Shown here: positions 35,470 through 42,462 of the stretch, piece by piece
Layout: the number at the start of each line of letters is the position of its first letter
Numbering within the stretch: the first letter of the stretch is position 1
Assembly: GCA_019245255.1 (NCBI GenBank)
Contig: JAFARV010000676.1
Coordinates: 1-58,220 of the forward strand
Direction: 5' to 3'
Length of the DNA: 58,220 nucleotides
DNA from: Acidobacteriaceae bacterium
GTDB lineage: Bacteria; Acidobacteriota; Terriglobia; Bryobacterales; Bryobacteraceae
Translations under genes and position numbers: made by a program
Notes under the pieces: model-generated
Seen by the model: the letters and a program-made list of their open reading frames with translations, nothing else
The model's database searches: none
What the model was told of the DNA's origin: nothing

Positions 35470-36736
35470 AACCTTCCTGTTTGCGGCGATGTGTCTGGTC
35501 GCCGCCACGTTGTTCGTCGTGCTGGTTCCTGTATTCGGGACTGGGATGGCGTTCGATTTGCCAGAGTACACGGTTGAAGTCGCGGAAGCAGGAAGCTCAA
35601 GTGTAGCCGGCGCTTTCCCCAAACTGCTACTTACAGTTCTGGACAAGTATACTGGCTCATATCGACGAATCGAAATAGAGAATGGATTGACGGCGGTGGC
35701 CCGAGTATTCTCGCCGGTACCGGGGCGGCTAGTGGCAATCGGGCCACTTCAAGGAGGAGGAGCCGTATTCAGCCTCATGGAGCTTAACAGTGCGGATCTT
35801 GTAGATACTGTTTGGGCATGGGATTACGCTATATCTCCGAACAACAAGTATGCTGCGTATGAATTCCGCTATCCCCCTCACGGGCTGCCGGCATTTCGCA
35901 GCGCGGTTCTACTGCTCTACGATTTCAGCGTGTCGCCGAACGAAATTCCGCGGGTGGGAACCGACAGAGCCCGCAAGGGATTTATTTTGTACCCCGCAGA
36001 GAACCGCGAAAAGGATGCTTACCAGGTTGCTTCGCAGGGATGCTGCGGCGGATCGGGAGAGGCTGCAGATTTCGGAGAACGTATATTCACATCACCGATT
36101 GCCTGGGACGAGGACAGTCGCAAGATTGCTGTGGTCGAATCTTTTAAGCACGAGTCATACCTGATCGTTGTTGATATCGCGGGTGGGCCGTTTCGGCCTG
36201 TTGTGACCCAGATAAAACTGGACCTGCATCTCTTTGAAACGGAGAGGGGTCTGCCCGATACAGAACTGCCGCAGCAGGATAGGCAGTTCAATCTCCTGAT
36301 TCGGGAACTCGTTTTCCAAAGTTCGCAGGAGTTGGTCCTTAGATCGCGAAACGGCGGCCCCTTCGCCGAGAAGACCGTCTCAATATCTTTGCCGGATCAA
36401 AAGCAGGCAATTCTCAAGGAAACACTCTCTCCTAGCCGACTGACCCCTCCTCCGGGCATGCCATACATTCGTCTCTCGGGCATGGTTGAGGAGGCAGCGG
36501 CAATCTTTGACCCGAAGCCTTCTAACCCAACAGGGGAGGTCGGCACAGTATCGTGCGATCTTTTAATCTCACCCGACGGCCATGTATTGGACGTGAAAGC
36601 GGTAAGCGGCCCCCAGAGCCTCGTGTCCGCCGCTCAGACCACCTTGGCGCAGTGGACTTTCAAACCCGTCATGCTCGCAGGGCGTCCTGTGGCAGTACTC
36701 ACGAATATCGACATCAACTTTGGGGGTGCAAAATAA
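35444..36736 (+). CDS. membrane-anchored protein with a TonB C-terminal domain
   Basis: ATG at 35444. N-terminal TM FLFAAMCLVAATLFVVLVPVF. The C-terminal ~80 aa are TonB_C-like (GTVSCDLLISPDGHVLDVKAVSGP...AQWTFKPVMLAGRPV). Confidence 0.65.
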   Translation: MSQHSCCTKTFLFAAMCLVAATLFVVLVPVFGTGMAFDLPEYTVEVAEAGSSSVAGAFPKLLLTVLDKYTGSYRRIEIENGLTAVARVFSPVPGRLVAIGPLQGGGAVFSLMELNSADLVDTVWAWDYAISPNNKYAAYEFRYPPHGLPAFRSAVLLLYDFSVSPNEIPRVGTDRARKGFILYPAENREKDAYQVASQGCCGGSGEAADFGERIFTSPIAWDEDSRKIAVVESFKHESYLIVVDIAGGPFRPVVTQIKLDLHLFETERGLPDTELPQQDRQFNLLIRELVFQSSQELVLRSRNGGPFAEKTVSISLPDQKQAILKETLSPSRLTPPPGMPYIRLSGMVEEAAAIFDPKPSNPTGEVGTVSCDLLISPDGHVLDVKAVSGPQSLVSAAQTTLAQWTFKPVMLAGRPVAVLTNIDINFGGAK

Positions 36737-36790
36737 TTATTACTTGCTCCTCCGTCGCTTGGTTGAATTCCTAGTCTCACATCTGATATT

Positions 36791-36920
36791 TGCACCCTGG
36801 TCTGGTCTGGCAGCTATGAGCATTACGCCGGTTCGTCCAGCCTGGACGTCTAACCACATAAGCGTGGTGACGAGCCATTCGCAGGAGTCTTCTTCGTCGC
36901 CTGGACACCCCAACGCCGTC
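36791..36920 (+). pseudogene. fragment paralogous to 34458-34590 of the repeat/3D protein gene
   Basis: Nucleotide and peptide similarity (CTLVWSGSYEHYAGSS vs CTWSNGSYEYYTGSS; SVVTSHSQESSSSPG vs GVVTVNSQGSSSPG). Interrupted by stop and frameshift. Confidence 0.45.
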
Positions 36921-37128
36921 GCCCATTAACCACCAAGATCCTTACTTTGACAGTCAACATGGACTGCGGTTTCTTCAACCGGCAGGGCACTGATCGGTAT
37001 CGGTCGATATAGCGTCCGGATTGTTGCATTCGTGACTAAAAGTCTATTGACGTAACCCCGCAGTAAAGCTATTCTACTTACATTTCAGTTGGGGAAAACG
37101 CTGAGTGGTTTGACTTGGCAGGGGATTT

Positions 37129-37446
37129 GTGCAGATGGATCGCTGTTATCCGATTGCCATTGTATTTCGAGAGTTGTTGCATGACACAAACTCCATGCTC
37201 CGCCGCTTGCAGATGTTGGCTGAGTGCCGCGATGTCCATGGCGTGTACCGGCACGAGCGATTAGAGCAAGTACTGGCGGATGAGGTAAATGGCGCGTGCG
37301 GTATTGCTCATAATCTGATCTGGAGCGACTGGGCCCGGTTTTCGCTCGAACAGCAGCGTATCGATTTGATCGAGTATCTGCGCGGTTTTCCGAAGCCCTC
37401 CGAAACGCTGCTTGCATTCAATTCGGAAACTCCGATGTTTCAATAG
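37129..37446 (+). CDS. AraC-family regulator, N-terminal part (ends at an in-frame TAG)
   Basis: 105 codons, same frame as 37486..37905. Combined length of about 258 codons fits an AraC-family protein. Confidence 0.5.
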   Translation: MQMDRCYPIAIVFRELLHDTNSMLRRLQMLAECRDVHGVYRHERLEQVLADEVNGACGIAHNLIWSDWARFSLEQQRIDLIEYLRGFPKPSETLLAFNSETPMFQ

Positions 37447-37485
37447 GCGCCGACGGATGCCCCGGATGAGGAACGGCAGCTCGCG

Positions 37486-37905
37486 GTGTCAAATTTCAGT
37501 GTACTTGTGGGCCTGCTGTGCCGAACCTATTTAGCGGACGTTCTGAGCGAGACCGAACAGGATTCGAGCGCAGTAGGTGCTCCGGTTATGGCCGACATAC
37601 TGGCGCTGATTGAAGAAACATATGCCCAGCCGGCATTTTCAGCGCTGTCCATCAGTAAGGCACTGGGCTTGTCGGAGCGGCACATGCGCCGGATGTTGAA
37701 GACGCATACGGGGGTGTCCTTCGCGATCTATGTGAGGCGCTTGAGAACCAAACGTGCAAAGGATTTGCTGATCGGCTCCGGGGAGTCGATCAAGGCGATC
37801 GCCGGGGCAGTGGGTTATCGCCACTCTTCGTCGTTCATCAAGTATTTCAAGATTGAGACGGGGCTCGCGCCGGACCAATTCCGACGGCAGTGGGCAGTGA
37901 CGTAA
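37486..37905 (+). CDS. AraC-family regulator, HTH part
   Basis: Double HTH: SISKALGLSERHMRRMLKTHTGVSF...IKAIAGAVGYRHSSSFIKYFKIETGLAPDQFRR. Confidence 0.8.
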   Translation: MSNFSVLVGLLCRTYLADVLSETEQDSSAVGAPVMADILALIEETYAQPAFSALSISKALGLSERHMRRMLKTHTGVSFAIYVRRLRTKRAKDLLIGSGESIKAIAGAVGYRHSSSFIKYFKIETGLAPDQFRRQWAVT

Positions 37906-37969
37906 TAAGGATGGGGTAACAGCCGAGCGGTGCATGGTGATGGCAGAATACTGGTGCCCGCACCCGCAG

Positions 37970-38392
37970 TTACTCGTTTGGACGATTGCGAAAGAGCGCA
38001 CGAAAGCCTTCCTGCTCGAAATGCCGATCGTTTGTGAGAACTTCCATTATGCCTTCGCGTCGCATAGCGGTCATCGAAATACAATCGGTCATGCTGTAGC
38101 CCTTATCGGCCCGCTGGCAATACAAGTCGAGTCCCAATAGAAACGCCGCTCGGCTCTCTGGAATTACCCGGAGGTCAGGGGCGTCCAGCAGCGTGCGGAC
38201 AGTGTGGCAGGCGCGCTTTCGGAGATGTGCATCGGCAGAGAAAAACGTCAGAAATTCCGTCAGCACGGCATCCGTGGTCACAATTTTCGTTTGCGTCACC
38301 TCCTGTGTGTGTGCCAGCGCGAAGCGATAATGGGGATCTGCACGATTTGTGAGTGCGACCCAGTAGAAGGTATCCGCAAAGATCTCCCTCAC
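37970..38392 (-). CDS. vapC: PIN-domain toxin VapC
   Basis: GTG at 38392 (GTGA overlap with the antitoxin stop). FADTFYWVAL...TDCISMTAMRREGIMEVLTNDRHF. Confidence 0.8.
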   Translation of the reverse strand: MREIFADTFYWVALTNRADPHYRFALAHTQEVTQTKIVTTDAVLTEFLTFFSADAHLRKRACHTVRTLLDAPDLRVIPESRAAFLLGLDLYCQRADKGYSMTDCISMTAMRREGIMEVLTNDRHFEQEGFRALFRNRPNE

Positions 38393-38664
38393 GGCTCTCG
38401 CTTGGGCAAGCCGTAGACATAATGATCGACTTGAGTGGCGCCGTCGGCGGGCAGTTTGGCCTTCGCCTCTTCGGGCAAGTCGTCCCAAATTTCGCGGATC
38501 ACGTCCGAGATATGCCGTCGCGCAGGTTCACCTGGACAGGTCGCGCCTTCGAGATCCTGATCGAGCACCTGCTCGGCATATTGCTCGGCCGAGACACCGC
38601 GGGCCCGCGCCTTCGCTTTAAGCGCGGCTTCTTTGTCCTCGGCAAGGTGAATGGTTAAAGTCAT
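38389..38664 (-). CDS. vapB: VapB-type antitoxin
   Basis: 91 aa. MTLTIHLAEDKEAALKAKARARGVSAEQYAEQVL (RHH-like). Coupled to vapC. Confidence 0.7.
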   Translation of the reverse strand: MTLTIHLAEDKEAALKAKARARGVSAEQYAEQVLDQDLEGATCPGEPARRHISDVIREIWDDLPEEAKAKLPADGATQVDHYVYGLPKREP

Positions 38665-38798
38665 TGCTGGGTCTTTTCACGTGCCGTGCGGCGAGTTTCT
38701 TTGTGGTCTGACATCAATTGGTTTTCCGTCGGGACGCCCCACAGGCAATCGTTTCATCTTCACGCGTACGCTCCTAGGATACGCTGTCGCGGTGTGCC

Positions 38799-38941
38799 GC
38801 CGGGGCAGTGGGTTATCGCCACTCTTCTTCGTTCATCAAGTATTTCAAGATGGAGACGGGGCTCGCGCCGTGCCAATTCCGACGGCAGTGGGCAGTGATG
38901 TAGTGAGAATGGATAGCAGGCGGGCGGTACATGTTGATGTG
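38799..38941 (+). repeat. displaced duplicate of the araC 3' end (direct repeat of 37801-37943)
   Basis: The first 100 nt differ from 37801-37900 at 4 positions (manual alignment) and encode AGAVGYRHSSSFIKYFKMETGLAPCQFRRQWAVM-stop. The following ~40 nt are more diverged. Confidence 0.8.
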
Positions 38942-38985
38942 CCTGTGGCACGGTGCCCGGCGGCTTGAGAAAGCGCTCTCCGGGT

Positions 38986-39366
38986 TCACCGCCGACCAAG
39001 CCTGAAAGAACGACTTTTACCTGGGCCTTTAGCCGTCGCCTGCAACTCTTCGCGAATGATGCGCCGCAGCGTGCCCTCGAATTTTGGGGCTTTGCCTTCG
39101 ATGTACTCGCGCAGCGCATTGTTCAGCAGCGTTTGATAGCCGACGCGTCCTTCGTGCTTGTCCGCCTGCTCGCCGAACCAGTCGTAAATGTCTTCGTCGA
39201 TGCGGATGGTGATCCGAATCTTGCCGGGCTCGACTGGCGGCTGTGGAAGCAGCCGACCGTTTCGTCCAGTCCGCCGCAGTTTCGTGAGGTCGAGCTTGTC
39301 TGGGAGCTCGTACGCATCGTTTTCGCGCTGTACCTGTTCGAGTGTCTTTGCTGTTCGTTTGCTCAT
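38986..39366 (-). CDS. brnA: BrnA-family (CopG-like) antitoxin, orphan
   Basis: ATG at 39366. KIRITIRIDEDIYDWFGEQADKHEGRVGYQTLLNNALREYI. No BrnT ORF upstream. Confidence 0.7.
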   Translation of the reverse strand: MSKRTAKTLEQVQRENDAYELPDKLDLTKLRRTGRNGRLLPQPPVEPGKIRITIRIDEDIYDWFGEQADKHEGRVGYQTLLNNALREYIEGKAPKFEGTLRRIIREELQATAKGPGKSRSFRLGRR

Positions 39367-39485
39367 TCCTGGAAGTACTCCGTTTCCTCTTCCTGTTGCG
39401 CTTGCCGTGTTTTCCGTGCTCGATGCGCCGCAGTCCAGGACGGATGTTGTCACAGCGCGGCGCGGAAAACGAACAGTCGCCAAAG

Positions 39486-39743
39486 TTAGCGGCGTGTGAT
39501 CTGAAGTTCAATGCTTTGCCGGAGACGGGAGAACAAGTCATCCTCAGCGATCCCGCTGGCGTCGCCTTCGTCGATTGCAGCCCGGATAGCAGCCAGTTTA
39601 GCCTCATTCTCCTGTTCATCCCGTTCGAGCTTTCGGAGCGCTGCGCGAATGACCTCGCTTGCATTTTCGTAGCGTCCGCTCGACACTTTCGCAAGCACAA
39701 ATCGTTCCAGCTCGTCGGTCAGGTTCACTTTGCGTGTCGGCAT
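39486..39743 (-). CDS. parD: ParD-family antitoxin, orphan
   Basis: MPTRKVNLTDELERFVLAKVSSGRYENASEVIRAALRKLE. No ParE ORF downstream. Confidence 0.75.
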   Translation of the reverse strand: MPTRKVNLTDELERFVLAKVSSGRYENASEVIRAALRKLERDEQENEAKLAAIRAAIDEGDASGIAEDDLFSRLRQSIELQITRR

Positions 39744-39779
39744 ACTTCCGTTTAACCATCCTAACGGGCTCGACAATGG

Positions 39780-39862
39780 TTGCCAATGCTGATTTCGGCT
39801 CCTGAAGAACGTGAGGGTTTTGCTTGACCACAATTTGCGGCATAGCCTGCGAACTAGTCTCG
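39780..39862 (+). repeat. fused x+y repeat (x matches 40532-40564, y matches 40879-40930)
   Basis: x is 33 nt with 4 mismatches. y is 52 nt with 2 mismatches and is the 5' end of a DUF5615 gene (MRVLLDHNLxHSLRTSL). It is joined at a CGT microhomology and lacks about 315 nt that include the DUF433 gene. Confidence 0.8.
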
Positions 39863-39867
39863 AAAAT

Positions 39868-40215
39868 CTACTTCGCCCCGATAAGCAGAGCTATGTAACC
39901 GCGCACGGTATGGAGAAGTTCCGTGGGTCCCGTTTCGACATACTTTGCGGCACGGGCTTTCAGATCTACACATTTGACTTGGTCAGCAAGAACAACTCCG
40001 TGCACCTGGTAACCGTCTGGAATCGCAACCTCGAAGGGATAGCCTTTGACCTGAGTCGTTGTTGGACAAACAAGCGCCAGCCCCACCCGCGCGTTATATG
40101 CGGCTTCTGACACAACTAATGCGCGACGGAAACCGCCCTGCTCGTGTCCGAGAACCGGGTCAAAGTCAAGCTTGATCAAATCGCCCGGCTGGAAAACCCG
40201 GCGTTTACTCACCAA
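39868..40215 (-). CDS. mazF: MazF/PemK-family endoribonuclease toxin
   Basis: 115 aa. PGDLIKLDFDPVLGHEQGGFRRALVVS...LVCPTTTQVKGYPFEV. The start may be the GTG at 40212 (GTGA overlap with mazE). Confidence 0.9.
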   Translation of the reverse strand: MVSKRRVFQPGDLIKLDFDPVLGHEQGGFRRALVVSEAAYNARVGLALVCPTTTQVKGYPFEVAIPDGYQVHGVVLADQVKCVDLKARAAKYVETGPTELLHTVRGYIALLIGAK

Positions 40216-40463
40216 TCCTCATTGCCTTTTGGGGGACCCCAATTTGTTTCAGCATGGCGGTTTGCTGGAGTCACCCGTGCAAGCAATTCATCGAGCGTAG
40301 GCAGTGCGCGCGTGGCGCGTACAACGATTACACCCGGTGCGTCCACCTCGAACGTCACCGCGTCCCCTTCGTGCAGGTTTGCTTTCTGCATGATGGATTT
40401 AGGAATTCGGATAGCGGGGGCATTGCCCCACTTCGCAACCGCAGTTTCTTTTGCGAGCGCCAT
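40209..40463 (-). CDS. mazE: MazE (AbrB/SpoVT-fold) antitoxin
   Basis: ATG at 40463. AVAKWGNAPAIRIPKSIMQKANLHEGDAVTFEV. Confidence 0.8.
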   Translation of the reverse strand: MALAKETAVAKWGNAPAIRIPKSIMQKANLHEGDAVTFEVDAPGVIVVRATRALPTLDELLARVTPANRHAETNWGPPKGNEDW

Positions 40464-40636
40464 ATACCGCCTCTTATCTAGTATATACAATGTATCTACC
40501 TACGTCAATGTGAGACTTTTATTGCGGCGGCTTGCCAATGCTGATTTCGCCCACTGGAGAACGTTGGCGATGGTTTCTAAACTGCGACTGACAATCTGCC
40601 TGCGCCTAAAAGCTACGATTGAAGGAAGGAACGGAT

Positions 40637-40882
40637 ATGGCAACGTTGGATAGCTACATCGACTGGACGAGCTGCGAGCTGGTCGAGCGCGTTCCGGGCA
40701 AGGTCTCCGGCCGCCCGATCGTGCGCGGAACCCGCATTCTCGCGGATACGATCGCGCAGGACGCTGAGTTGGGTTCGTCCCTGGAAGAAATTCATGACAA
40801 TTATCCCGACCTTCCCATGAGCGCCATTCAGCAGCTTATTTCCTTTGCCCGCTCACACCGCGTCGAACAGCGCGTGCCGTGA
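40637..40882 (+). CDS. DUF433-domain protein (antitoxin-like partner of DUF5615)
   Basis: ATG at 40637 behind GAAGGAAGGA. VPGKVSGRPIVRGTRILADTI is typical of DUF433. Confidence 0.8.
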   Translation: MATLDSYIDWTSCELVERVPGKVSGRPIVRGTRILADTIAQDAELGSSLEEIHDNYPDLPMSAIQQLISFARSHRVEQRVP

Positions 40883-41220
40883 GGGTTTTGCTTGACCACA
40901 ATTTGCCGCATAGCCTGCGGACTAGTCTCGGCAAACTCTGCGATCACGAAATCTTCACCGCTTCCTATATGGGTTGGGGTGACCTCAGAAACAGCGAATT
41001 GCTAACGGCGACTGAGCAGAAAGGTTTCGAGGTTTTCGTTACCGGCGATCAATCCCTTGTGCATGAGCAGAACCTCAGGGGCCGGCGTTTGGCTGTTATC
41101 GCTTTATCGGCAAACAACTGGCCAATTATAAAGAACCGTGTCCCAGATATTCTTGCCGCGATCGATGCCGCCACACCCGGTTCTTTTAACATGCTCAATT
41201 GCGGCGAGTTCAGGCGCTAG
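40879..41220 (+). CDS. DUF5615-family PIN-like protein
   Basis: 113 aa. MRVLLDHNLPHSLRTSL...FEVFVTGDQSL. GTG start overlaps the DUF433 stop. Confidence 0.8.
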   Translation: MRVLLDHNLPHSLRTSLGKLCDHEIFTASYMGWGDLRNSELLTATEQKGFEVFVTGDQSLVHEQNLRGRRLAVIALSANNWPIIKNRVPDILAAIDAATPGSFNMLNCGEFRR

Positions 41221-41344
41221 CGTGCTCAGCTCTGACCGTCCACTTTTCGACGGCGGTGCATTGACGCCTTCGGTTCTTTGACCCGCTAACTCCTTTCTTT
41301 TCTGTGCAGACGTTTGGTGCGGTGGCTGCATTGGGTTCCATCGC

Positions 41345-41689
41345 ATGGTGGACTCGGTTTCGCGATCGCTCGAGAAATATATGGACGTGCTCGCGGCACG
41401 TCAGAAACTGGTCGCTTCCAACATCGCCAACGTCGATACGCCAGGGTACAAGACTAAAGATCTCGACTTTCAAAGCGAGTTCAATGCCATGCTGCAGGGT
41501 TCAAGTCCGAGTCCTGCGGCGCAGGAAGTCGCCGGGCTGCATGTCAAGAACGACGGCAACAACGTCAGCCTGGACCGGGAAGCGCGGCTGCTGAGCGAGA
41601 ACTCGATCCGGTTCACGGCGGCGACAAACCTGATGAAACGCCAGCTGACCATGCTGAAATCCGCGATTCACGAAGGACAAGGCGGATGA
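41345..41689 (+). CDS. flgB: flagellar basal-body rod protein FlgB
   Basis: 114 aa. LAARQKLVASNIANVDTPGYKTKDLDF. Confidence 0.9.
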   Translation: MVDSVSRSLEKYMDVLAARQKLVASNIANVDTPGYKTKDLDFQSEFNAMLQGSSPSPAAQEVAGLHVKNDGNNVSLDREARLLSENSIRFTAATNLMKRQLTMLKSAIHEGQGG

Positions 41690-42126
41690 GTCTCTTCTCC
41701 TCTTTATCTGTCAGCGCGTCGGGTATGAATGCGCAGCGCACGCGCGCCGAGCTGCTGGTGGAGAATCTTGCCAATGCGGAAACGACGCGTACTCCGGAAG
41801 GCGGCCCCTACCGGCGCAAAGACGTGGTGTTTCAATCCGAAGCCGTCGGTTCTCCGTTTGCGAGCGTATTAGCCGACGAGATGAACGGCGGTGGTTCGAC
41901 GGGCGTCGGGACCTCCGATACGCTTATCGATCAACGCGACCCCGAGATGCGCTACATGCCGGGGCACCCGGATGCGGGACCTGACGGCTATGTCGCATTT
42001 CCGCGTTTGAATCCGGCGGAAGAAATGGTGGACCTAGTGAGCGCTTCGCGCGGATACCAGGCCAATGTGGCCTCCATGACCTCAATAAAGGAGATGATCC
42101 AGCGGTCGATCGACTTATTGAAGTAG
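41686..42126 (+). CDS. flgC: flagellar basal-body rod protein FlgC
   Basis: 146 aa. SASGMNAQRTRAELLVENLANAETT...SASRGYQANV. Confidence 0.95.
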   Translation: MSLFSSLSVSASGMNAQRTRAELLVENLANAETTRTPEGGPYRRKDVVFQSEAVGSPFASVLADEMNGGGSTGVGTSDTLIDQRDPEMRYMPGHPDAGPDGYVAFPRLNPAEEMVDLVSASRGYQANVASMTSIKEMIQRSIDLLK

Positions 42127-42149
42127 CGACTTAGCTGAAGTAACTCCTC

Positions 42150-42449
42150 ATGTCTTCTCCGATTTCATCCGTGCTGGGAGTATCGCCGTCGGTTGCCGTG
42201 GAACGGGTCACGTCCGCGTCGCAGACGAAAGGCGAAGGCTTCGGGTCTGTTTTGGAATCGGCCGTTCAGGGCGTCGAGCAATATCAGCAGAATGCGAATC
42301 AGGCGGTCCAGCAGTTCCTGCAGGGAAACGGCGAATTGCATAATGTGGCACTCGCGACGCAACGCGCCGAGATGGCTTTCGATTTAGGGCTTCAGATCCG
42401 GAATAAGATCGTTTCGGCCTATCAGGAAGTCATGAAGATGCAGCTTTGA
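42150..42449 (+). CDS. fliE: flagellar hook-basal body protein FliE
   Basis: 99 aa. C-terminus HNVALATQRAEMAFDLGLQIRNKIVSAYQEVMKMQ. Confidence 0.85.
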   Translation: MSSPISSVLGVSPSVAVERVTSASQTKGEGFGSVLESAVQGVEQYQQNANQAVQQFLQGNGELHNVALATQRAEMAFDLGLQIRNKIVSAYQEVMKMQL

Positions 42450-42462
42450 TGGCTAAACGAGC

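Noticed and set aside
34129-37446. Pyrrolysine or global amber reassignment as an explanation for the two in-frame TAGs
   Set aside because: TAG terminates flhB, doc, mazF and the SLT gene at positions consistent with full-length proteins. No pyl genes or suppressor tRNA are visible in the window. Only context-specific leakage or plain nonsense mutation remain plausible.
38102-38109. Other GCCGATAA octamers (minus strand at 38102, 14191, 41104, 51928, 57253)
   Set aside because: They lie inside coding sequence, lack the GAA extension and the ACAAA upstream element, and do not precede gene starts. They are treated as chance occurrences, which also limits the weight of the octamer alone.
38661-38670. 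Shared 11-mer gtcattgctgg at the starts of both vapB-type antitoxin genes (38660 and 49010)
   Set aside because: The match is too short and the flanks are unrelated, so it is most likely coincidence.
41315-41330. Possible sigma-54 promoter (tGGtgc-ggtgg-ctGCa) upstream of flgB
   Set aside because: The GG/GC spacing is right, but three other consensus positions mismatch. The element ends only about 15 nt before the flgB ATG, leaving an implausibly short leader. No enhancer-binding protein gene is in the window.
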